This document shows, in pieces, positions 19,338-28,500 of a stretch of 49,670 nucleotides of DNA. The position numbers and the translations under genes are program-made. The stretch lies in IMG/VR virus record IMGVR_UViG_3300020042_002446, positions 1-49,670 of that record. One strand, 5' to 3'. The stretch is from a virus. Its lineage: Duplodnaviria; Caudoviricetes. Within the stretch, counting starts at the first letter, position 1, and each line of letters opens with the position of its first letter. The notes beneath the pieces are model-generated. The model worked only from the letters and a program-made list of their open reading frames with translations. It was not told the origin of the DNA and did not search any database.

Positions 19338-20218
19338 CAATAAGTATTGTTATTACAGAGTCCACTGAACTTAACCGCACTAAAGCTGCCCAGCTACCCG
19401 CTGCGCCGGTTGAATATGACCGTCAGTACCAAGATGCGTTAACTAACATCCTGCGTCAGTACTTTAATACGCTGGACAATTTTGTTGGGCAATTAACATT
19501 ATCTACTGGGGGTAGTGGGTTCTATGTACCTTACGGTGCGTTTTCTTGTCTTGCGCAAACCACTTTAACGGCAGCTATAAACAATGTGGTTACTACAATA
19601 CCTGTTGTTTCTACAGCTAGTTTTCCTATAGCGTCAGTTGCAGAGCCTAAAGCATTTTATATAGCCGATGAAACCATTACTTATACAGGGCAAACATTAA
19701 CTTCGTTTACTGGGTGTGTACGCGGGGCTTTAGCTACAACAGCGGCGGCACATCTAATTAATGCTCCCGTAGAAGGTAAACAAATTGCCTACGCGCCAAA
19801 CACAGGCTATGCGTTATTTTTTAATACTACTGACTTTGCAAATGACATATCGTTAGTAAGCACTACGGCTATGACCGTTGCTAAGGCTGGTATTTACAAT
19901 ATGCAGTTTAGTGTGCAAATAGAAAATGCTGATAATGCGCCACAAGATGTGTTTATTTGGTTAAAGCAAAACGGTGTAGATATTATTGCTTCCACGGGTA
20001 AAGTTGGTATGCCAGCTCGAAAAGGTACGAACGATCCGTCGCATGACATTAAGGGTTGGAACTACTTCCTGTCTATGAATGCCGGAGATAACGTAGAAAT
20101 ATGGTGGTCTACTACGGGTCTTAACGTAACGATACCTAATTACATAGCTACACCACTACCAACAAAGCCTTCTACAGCCTCGGTTGTAGCAACAATGACC
20201 TTTGTGTCCGCTGTATAA
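19334..20218 (+). CDS. Tail needle/fibre-like virion protein
   Basis: LP.APVEY..LRQYFN.LD coiled N-terminus; C-terminal GIYNMQFSVQ beta domain. Confidence 0.6.
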   Translation: MTISIVITESTELNRTKAAQLPAAPVEYDRQYQDALTNILRQYFNTLDNFVGQLTLSTGGSGFYVPYGAFSCLAQTTLTAAINNVVTTIPVVSTASFPIASVAEPKAFYIADETITYTGQTLTSFTGCVRGALATTAAAHLINAPVEGKQIAYAPNTGYALFFNTTDFANDISLVSTTAMTVAKAGIYNMQFSVQIENADNAPQDVFIWLKQNGVDIIASTGKVGMPARKGTNDPSHDIKGWNYFLSMNAGDNVEIWWSTTGLNVTIPNYIATPLPTKPSTASVVATMTFVSAV

Positions 20219-20220
20219 AA

Positions 20221-20229
20221 TGTTACTAT
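20221..20229 (+). promoter_or_regulatory. Possible extended -10 promoter for ejection-protein block
   Basis: TG-T-TACTAT in AT-rich intergenic gap upstream of 20255. Confidence 0.35.
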
Positions 20230-20254
20230 TGACAAAATTCTTTAAGGATGCGAT

Positions 20255-22236
20255 ATGAGCGTTCACCAACTAGCCCACCATCTGCAAAGCGCCGGTAGAG
20301 GCGAAGACAAAGTCTTAGTTCACATGACCCCAAAAGAAGTTGGCGGTCTGCAAGCGCTTGCTATGGCGCATGGTGGCTCTCTGACTATTAACCCACATAC
20401 AGGTCTGCCTGAAGCAGGCTTTCTAAAGTCTATTCTTCCGATGATTGCAGGTATGGCATTAGCGCCATTGACTGCAGGTACATCTCTTGCTTTTTTAGCT
20501 GCCACACCGTTTGCTACGGCATTGACCGTTGGTGGTATTACTGGTTTGGCAACAGGCAGTTTAAAAGACGGTTTGATGGCAGGTTTGGGCGCATACGGCG
20601 GTGCAGGTTTAGGTGCAAGTCTATCCGGAGCAGGTGCAGCCGCAGGCAGTGCAGCGGCTAATACAGGAGTAAATGCGTCACAAGCAGCATTAAATAGTCA
20701 AGCAGGGCAGTTAGCTGCAACAGCTCCAAGCACTGTTATTCCTAATGCGTCTAATGTAGTGGGTGGCGGTGCATCGAGTGTAACAGGCGCTTTTAACGGT
20801 ATACCAGCAGCTAACGTAGGACAAACAATAGCGCAGCCGTATGCAACAGGTATGCAAAACGCTGGAGACGCATTACGCTCTGGGTTGGCTGCCCCATCTG
20901 CTACACAAGTGGCATTACAAGCCCCAGTTCAACAAGCTGCAATACAGCAAGCAGCCCAACAAAGCCTTTTACAAGGTGGTGCAGGTACCGGAATAGAAGC
21001 CGCAGCAGCTGCAAAAAATGTAGCAGCGCAACAAGCAGCAGCCCAAGCAGCCGCAAAACAAGCAGCATCTGCTCCTACATGGGAGAACATGGGTAAAGGG
21101 TTTAGAGACGTTACGTCGTCTGGTGAGAAAGCATGGAACTTTGTTAAAGATAATCCAATGCCGTTTATTGCTGGGGGTGTTAGTGCGCTATCAGGAATGA
21201 ACGATAAAAAAGGTGTTGCTGCCCCGCAGGTAGCGGTTCATACATACGCCCATATGATTATTCTGTAGCGCAAGACCCAAATGCGTATGCCCCTAATGCG
21301 TCAACTGCGGAACGTAGATATTTTACAGAACCTCGTTTTACAGCACGTCCTATTGAAAAAATTGCTAAAGAAGGCGGTTTGATGGCGTTGAATAACTACG
21401 CTGTTGGCGGTCCAGTAGAGCAAATGGCTGCACTAAATTCTACTAGCGGTAACACAATGTACCCACAGTCTCAGTTGCAAACTACTATGTACAGCAATCC
21501 GATGGTGCAACGCCCAATGCCAAACAATGTAATTAACGCTGGTATTGACGCCCCTGTTAATCCTTTTACTGGTGAAATGCGGATGGCTGGTGGTGGACTT
21601 TCTAAAAATAAATCGTCAGAATCAACGACAGAAAGAAAATTTACCCCTGCGTTAGCGGGGCTTGGATATACCGGTACAGGTAATGGTGGTGGTGGGTTTA
21701 GCGAGGTAGCAAAACAACAAGCCGCACAACAACCAAGCACAACAACCGAAGTAACTGGCGGTATAGCAGCACCGTACGTACCTCAAGGACAAGCTGCAGG
21801 TGCAGCGGGTACAAGCTTAACGTCTGACATACAATTACAGCCACAACGCACTCCCGAACAGCAATTAGGTTTAGAAGATTTCTACGCTAGTATGAACCAA
21901 CGTCTTGCACAACAAGGTGGTTATCAAGGCTATGCTGTTGGTGGTATGTCGCACTTAGGGGACTATTCTGATGGTGGTCGTTTATTGAGAGGACCGGGCG
22001 ATGGCGTATCTGATTCTATTCCTGCTTCTATTGGCAATCGTCAGCCTGCTCGCCTTGCTGACGGAGAGTTTGTGGTACCCGCTAGAATCGTATCGGAAAT
22101 CGGTAACGGAAGCACGGAGGCGGGAGCAAGAAAGCTCTACGCAATGATGGATCGTGTACAAAAAGCTCGTGGCAAAACTACAGGTAAAAACAAAGTTGCC
22201 GTTAATACAAAATCGGATAAACACTTACCTGCATGA
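20255..22236 (+). CDS. Ejection/internal virion protein, about 660 aa, split by a -1 frameshift at 21208-21230 (track ORFs 20255-21268 and 21379-22236)
   Basis: -1 frame is open from 21208 to 22236, overlapping frame 0 by about 60 nt; hydrophobic Gly/Ala segment; five to six xxGG tags. Confidence 0.75.
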
Positions 22237-22685
22237 CGATGCTTGTTTACGCAGATTGCGATGCGTTTGCTTTTGTGGAAGAGATGAAGGTTCTTTTTCC
22301 TTTACACTACGAAGAATTGTGCGTAACTAAAGACTTTCCGCTGGCTCCTAATTACGATGCGTATAAGCAGCTGGCAGAAGCGGGGATGTTGCGTTGTATT
22401 ACAGTGCGAGCCGACAATGAAATAGTGGGGTATATCCTGTTTGTTGTTCAGCCGCACTTGCACTACATGACTTGTAAGACTGCGTTTGAGGATATGTATT
22501 TTGTACGAAAAGATTATCGCAAAGGTCGTGTAGGTATAAAACTTTTTAAATATGCAGAAGAAGTGCTTAAAGGTATTGGCGTTAACCGGATCATTATGCA
22601 CACTAAAATTCACTTAGATAACTCCAGATTGTTTGAGTATCTAGGGTACACACATACAGATAAACTGTATTCAAAGATATTGTAG
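22233..22685 (+). CDS. GNAT-family acyltransferase
   Basis: YFVRKDYRKGRVGIKLF acyl-CoA motif A; LFEYLGY. Confidence 0.8.
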   Translation: MTMLVYADCDAFAFVEEMKVLFPLHYEELCVTKDFPLAPNYDAYKQLAEAGMLRCITVRADNEIVGYILFVVQPHLHYMTCKTAFEDMYFVRKDYRKGRVGIKLFKYAEEVLKGIGVNRIIMHTKIHLDNSRLFEYLGYTHTDKLYSKIL

Positions 22686-22693
22686 AGGTCACT

Positions 22694-23782
22694 ATGAGAC
22701 TTAATGATCGTGCGATGGCACTAGCAGGCATACCTGACTTGCCTATTGACGCTTTTAAACATGACGGCAATCGTAAAATTAAACTTCATGGCGGCTCATC
22801 TCCTGCTCCAGCCCCTTCAAGCCAAACAGTTACGCAAACGTCAATCCCTGAGTACGCCAAGCCGTATGTTGAACGTATGCTGGGTAAAGCTGAAGCAGTT
22901 ACTAACGCACCATATCAAGCGTATGGTGGTGAACGTATTGCTGGGTTTTCTCCCATGCAACAAAACGCTATGCAGGGTATTGCCAACTTACAGCCTTCAC
23001 AGCAACTAGGTACTGCTACGCAAATGGCGGGAAATGCAGGCTATAACGCAATGAATGCGGGCAACCAATACAATTCAGCGGCAACAAATCCATACGCTCA
23101 ACAAGCGTTTATGTCACCGTACATACAGAATGCGTTAAACCCACAGCTGCAAGAGGCACGTCGTCAGTCTGATATTAGTGGGCAGATGAATCAAGCTAAA
23201 GCCGTACAGCAAGGGGCGTTTGGTGGCAGTGCGTCAGCGTTAGTAGAAGCGGAGCGTCAGCGTAATCTTGGGCAAAACCAAGCAAATATTTACGGCACTG
23301 GTATGCAGAATGCGTTCCAACAAGCACAGCAAGCGCAACAGTTTGGTGCCACTCTAGGGTTACAAGGGAATCAAGCGGCGCTACAAGGCGCACAGACTTT
23401 AGGTCAGTTAGGTCAGACACAGTTTGGTCAGCAGAGAGATATATTAAATGCGCAGATGAACGCTGGCGCACAGATGCAAGGATTAGAGCAGCAAAAGCTG
23501 CAAACTGCGTATCAAGACTTCTTAAATCAAAAAGGTTACGATAAACAAAACTTGTCGTTTATGTCTGACATACTGCGTGGTGTACCGTTAGGACAATCAA
23601 CGCAAATGCAATATCAAGCACCACCATCTACGTTATCTCAGGTAGGCGGTCTTGGCTTGGCAGCTTACGGTATGTTTGGTAACCCCGGCGGTAAAGCAGA
23701 AGGCGGTATGATTGATGAAGATGCACCAGCAGGCTTGGCGGAGTTAGCGATTAACAAAACACGTAGTGCGAGGACATCATGA
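22694..23782 (+). CDS. Gln-rich ejection (DNA transfer) protein
   Basis: IPEYAKPY, YGGERIAGFSP, FMSPY, GAFGGS; C-terminal GGLGLAAYG. Confidence 0.7.
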   Translation: MRLNDRAMALAGIPDLPIDAFKHDGNRKIKLHGGSSPAPAPSSQTVTQTSIPEYAKPYVERMLGKAEAVTNAPYQAYGGERIAGFSPMQQNAMQGIANLQPSQQLGTATQMAGNAGYNAMNAGNQYNSAATNPYAQQAFMSPYIQNALNPQLQEARRQSDISGQMNQAKAVQQGAFGGSASALVEAERQRNLGQNQANIYGTGMQNAFQQAQQAQQFGATLGLQGNQAALQGAQTLGQLGQTQFGQQRDILNAQMNAGAQMQGLEQQKLQTAYQDFLNQKGYDKQNLSFMSDILRGVPLGQSTQMQYQAPPSTLSQVGGLGLAAYGMFGNPGGKAEGGMIDEDAPAGLAELAINKTRSARTS

Positions 23783-25503
23783 TTGGTCAAAACATCAACT
23801 CGTATTTCAACGCTGCAATGATGTATCCAGTTGAAAGATTGGAAGCGGTTATTCGTGGGCAGGATAAATCTATACCTGCTGCTGCCGCTATGATGGCGTT
23901 GCCTCTTAAACAAAGAGAAGTTGCCGCTGCCGTAGGTATGCAAACAGCGCAACAGCCACAACCAAACAATCTGCGTCAACAGATGGTACAGGCAACAATG
24001 CCTCAGATGCCACAAATGCCCCAAGGTATGCAGCAAATACCGCAACAATCGCCGCAACAAGTAGCACAACTGCCTGAGAATACGGGGCTAATGAATCTGC
24101 CTGCGCCTAACATGGAGAAGATGGCAGGTGGTGGGATTATTGCGTTTGCTGATGGTGGGGATACGGATGGTGTTGCACATTTTGATAGTGGTGATTTAGT
24201 TAAGCAAGATGAACAAGATCGTGAAGATTTAGCGTATGGTTTTAAACGTTTTGGTGCTGCGGCAAAAGATATTTTTAGTATGCCGGGGAGAGTAGTTGCA
24301 GGCGTAGGGGAAAATCTTATTACCAGACCTTTACGTGCGGCAGGTGTTCCTGTTCCGTATTTGCCTGCGGATTTTTACGGCGGTGATCGTACAGCCTTTG
24401 GTGGCGCAACACCTTATACAGATGCAATTCGCAGAGAAGAAGCCGCAAAAACTCCGGCAGCACCAGCAACAACGCCTGCAACAACAAAGCCAGCACCAAC
24501 AGCAGAAGAAGAGGCACTTAAAAAATACCGTACAGAAAAGAAAAAAGGTACTGGTACAAAATCTGGTACAAAATCTGGGACTGACATGGGCGGCACTCCT
24601 AAAGCACCTGCAAGTTCTTCTAAATCGTATGAAGACTACGTTAAGCAAGTAGGCGCAGGCGACAAAGACATCCTAGATCAGTACGCTAAAGCAGGAGAAG
24701 AAGAAACTACTGGTATGAAAGCCTTGCTCGCTGAAAGAGAAAAAGATAAGCCGGGCGGTAAAGCTGGTGATTCAATGGAAAAGTACTTAAAAGAAAAAGC
24801 AATTTCAGAACCGCAAAGACGTCAACAAAATTTTCAAATGGCGTTGGTTAATGCGGGTCTTGGTATTGCTGCAGGAAATTCTCAACACTGGATGCAAAAC
24901 GTTGCAACAGGAAGTAAAGAAGCCATTAAAGAATACCGTGCGGGCATAGATAAGTTAGATGCTGCAGCAGATGAACGTGCTAAATTAATGTCTAGCATTG
25001 AAGACGCACGTCGTGCTGAAGCTAAAGGCGATTGGAAAGAGTTGTATGAAGTTAAAAAAGATATTGAGAAAACCAAAGCTAGCTATAAAAGAGCCGGTAT
25101 TGATGCAATCGTAGCTACAACAGGCGCAACTAAGAAAGCTGCGGCGGACATATTCACTAACGCTCAGACAAACGAACGTGCGATAGAGCAGGCACATATA
25201 ACAGGTAAGTACGATTTAGCAGGCAGAAAAATTATGGCTTCTGCGTATGGCAATTCCGCTAAACTAAATCCTGCTAACATTGCTACAGATAATGCAGCTA
25301 AAGCATTAGAAACATGGAAAGGCAGTCAAGAAGGTAAACTTGCACAAGCTAGAGACCCTTCTGCATACGCTAAAAAAGAACGTGAACTTATAGCACAGCA
25401 TTTTATGATGCAAGGTTTGCCTAACCCATTTACTACTAGCGGTAAAAATTTGTTTAATGATCCAAAAGAACAAGCAGCATACGAAGCGTTTGCAGGCGGT
25501 TAA
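23779..25503 (+). CDS. Ejection/internal virion protein
   Basis: MAGGGIIAFADGG; helical Ala/Lys/Glu-rich; position before giant ORF. Confidence 0.65.
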   Translation: MIGQNINSYFNAAMMYPVERLEAVIRGQDKSIPAAAAMMALPLKQREVAAAVGMQTAQQPQPNNLRQQMVQATMPQMPQMPQGMQQIPQQSPQQVAQLPENTGLMNLPAPNMEKMAGGGIIAFADGGDTDGVAHFDSGDLVKQDEQDREDLAYGFKRFGAAAKDIFSMPGRVVAGVGENLITRPLRAAGVPVPYLPADFYGGDRTAFGGATPYTDAIRREEAAKTPAAPATTPATTKPAPTAEEEALKKYRTEKKKGTGTKSGTKSGTDMGGTPKAPASSSKSYEDYVKQVGAGDKDILDQYAKAGEEETTGMKALLAEREKDKPGGKAGDSMEKYLKEKAISEPQRRQQNFQMALVNAGLGIAAGNSQHWMQNVATGSKEAIKEYRAGIDKLDAAADERAKLMSSIEDARRAEAKGDWKELYEVKKDIEKTKASYKRAGIDAIVATTGATKKAAADIFTNAQTNERAIEQAHITGKYDLAGRKIMASAYGNSAKLNPANIATDNAAKALETWKGSQEGKLAQARDPSAYAKKERELIAQHFMMQGLPNPFTTSGKNLFNDPKEQAAYEAFAGG

Positions 25504-25521
25504 TCGAGATAAAGGTTTGTA

Positions 25522-28500
25522 ATGCCAAACATCCAAGAGTTAAAAGATGCGTTCTCACGGGCGCATCGCGCCGGGGATGAAGAAAGTGCTAGGCTTATAG
25601 CAAATGTATTAAAAAGGCAGTTAGCTAGTCAAGAGCCAGCAATCGAGACACCCAAAAAACCCGAACCTGAATCAGGTATGGGCGCAGCGTTTCGTTCTGG
25701 GTTAAGCAATCTAGCAGGCGATGTTCATGCGGTTCGTGCTGCCTTTGGTGCTGAAGGTGCTGAGAAAGCTGCCGCTGCTGCACGTGAACGTGCTGCCCAA
25801 CAATACAAACAACCTGAATTCTCTGAACACCCTATTGACTATATAACTGGTTTGGCAGCGCAGTCTGCCCCGTATATGGTTGCGCCTATCATAGCGGGCG
25901 GTCTTGCTGCATCTGCTCCTGTAACTGGTGCATTAGGTATTGGTGCTGGGGTTGCTGGTTTATTAGGTGCAGGCGCTGCGTCTGCTGGACAATTCACAGG
26001 CTCTAACCTTTCCCGCCAATTAGAAAAAGGTGTTGCTGCTAAAGACTTAGATGTCACGAGTGCAGTGGCTGCATCCATACCGCAGGCTGCCTTAGACACA
26101 ATAAGCTTGCGTATGATTCCCGGCTTGCGTGGCATTCTGGGTAAAGCAGGTTACGAACTAACCGAAGCACAAGCCGCTAAGATTGCACGTGACGGCATCA
26201 TTGGCACCACAGCAAACGCTGTTAAAGCGTACGGTCCGTCCGTATTAAAAAGTGCAGGTACAGAAGGTCTAACAGAATCCGCACAACAAGTATTAGAACG
26301 TGCGCAAGCCGGTCTAGATATTACTGATCCTGAAGCTCGCAAAGAATACTACGATAGTTTTATTGGTGGTGCGTTACTTGGCGGTACATTTGCTGTACCC
26401 GGTCGTGCATTAGAGCGTGGCGCAGCACGTGATAAATTTGAGAAAGAAGCACAAGTTAAGAATGACGCTGAAGCTAAAAAAACAGCCGAAGCAGAACTTG
26501 CACGTAGACAAAAGCCTGAGTATTTAGTAGACGAGCTTGATGCTACGTTTAATCAGCTGCAAGAACAAAAAGCAGCGTTACTTGAAAAGCGTAATGCTAT
26601 AACAGGCGGTAAAAAGAAACTACCTAAAGATGCTACGCCAGAACAACGTGAAGAGTTTGAAAATATTTCTTCGGAATTAAAAGTCAACGAAAGACTGCTC
26701 TATAAGATCGGTCCTGAATATAACAAAAACAAAGACGCTATAGCTGCGGCTAAAGAAGAACGCCGGATGCAAGAAATGTCTCCACAAGATAGATTCTTGT
26801 ATGGCGACGAAGGCCCACCAGTAGAAGCAACCACTACGGCAGAACAAACTGAAACTCCAGAAGGCTTTCGCACACTATTAGATTTACCAGAAGATCAAGT
26901 ACAACAAACAGAACCATTACCTACTGAGCAAGCTCAACAGCTTTTAGATACTAAGTTAGAAGGCTTGCGTTATCACGATTTAATGGATGACGCTTCTTCT
27001 GTTGCAGATGTTTTAGCTAGTGATGGTGCGTTAGCAAAGAGCTTTTTAAACGATGAAATAACTATTGCTGAATTTGCGCCTATTGAGCAAACAGCAGGGA
27101 TGACTAAAAAAGAAGTTACGGCAATAAATAAAGAACGTAAAGCTACTGTAGAACTTATTAAGAAAGCGCTTCCTTTAAAACTTCAGGCTGTTTACGAGCA
27201 ATCAGCACCAGAGATGGAAGAAGTACTTGCTGCGACTGAACGTCAACGTAAAGTAGAAAAAGAAAAAGATGCTTTGCAGCGCATCGGTGCTAAACCTACG
27301 CCTGTAGCTACAACATCTATTATTGGGCGAGGAATTGAGCGTGAGCTTGAGCAGGTTGCTAGTGATATGGCACCGGGAGTAGAAGTAGAACCGGGCTTGC
27401 AAAAACAAAACTACACAACCAAAGCTACTGAAGCCAAAACAGCGCATGAAGCGGCGCTATCAGATTATGAATTAAATCTTGAAGACTTAGTGCAGGGACG
27501 TACGTTAGACAGTGCTCGCCCTGACCAACGCAAACTTGCGTCGTCTACAAAAGAAACGCTACAAAATTTAATTAATAAAAACAAAGAAGATTACATTAAT
27601 GGTGTGTTGCAGGAAGCCGCAAACTTACGTGCTGCAGAAAACATGCAGCCTATTACACAGCAGATGGCGCAAGAAGCAAGAGAACGCTTAACGCTGTTAC
27701 TAAATGCTGTAGCAAACAAAGCAGCAACAATTAAACAGATTCAACCAAAACTTGCAGCCGTACGTGCGCAGTTGGCTGTTAGAACGCCTGCTTTACAAAG
27801 ACGAGAAGAAAAGTTAGTCAAACTACAAAGCGCATCTGCTGAAGCAGCTAAAACAGAAGAAGCTCGTGGCGATACCGCTAAGACTTTAGAAGGACAACTG
27901 CGTCGTAAACGTGACTATGTAAGTAATCTGATAGACCGTGCATTGGGTACGCGTACTGGGATAGACGCGTCTTTGCGTGATGCACTTGTTGCAGCGCAAG
28001 AAGCGGCTGAAAATAACACGGCGACTAATGAGCTTTTAGATGCGGCAGAGGATGCGGCTAGTCGTTTACTACGTGGACAAGACACCACAGATTCTGTTGC
28101 GCCTATTGAGTCTGCATTAAAGTCATTGTCTGAAGCACAAGATACTGATACGTTTTTATCACAAGATAAAAAATCAAAGGAGTCAGAGGAGTTAAAGCCG
28201 TTACGAGAAACTACTGGTGCGCAGAAAACACTGTTTGATACCGTAAAGCAAACTAATCCTGAGATGGCAGAAAACTTAGGGGTTATACGTGCAACGGCTG
28301 CTAACTTCCGTAAATTTTTAGCGTCAGCAACAGTACGCAAACTTAGAAAAGCAATTTCAGATTTAATTCCAACAGTAGATATTAAGTTTTATGAAGATCG
28401 TGTTAAAACTTTAGAAAAGCAATTAGCGCAAGCTAACCAAGATTTAATAGACGTTGCAGGCGAAGACTGGGCATCTTCCATAGAACAGTTACCGCAAGAT

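Noticed and set aside
21266-21268. TAG read-through or alternative genetic code explaining the split gene
   Set aside because: Downstream ORF is in a different frame, and TAG ends other genes normally (3551, 7969, 12012)
24553-24582. 12-nt tandem repeat ggtacaaaatct x2 (GTKS)
   Set aside because: Short in-frame slippage in a disordered linker; no sign of function
25489-25503. Ubiquitin-like C-terminal diglycine (FAGG-stop) conjugation system
   Set aside because: No E1/E2/JAB-like genes or beta-grasp protein seen; other GG tags are internal
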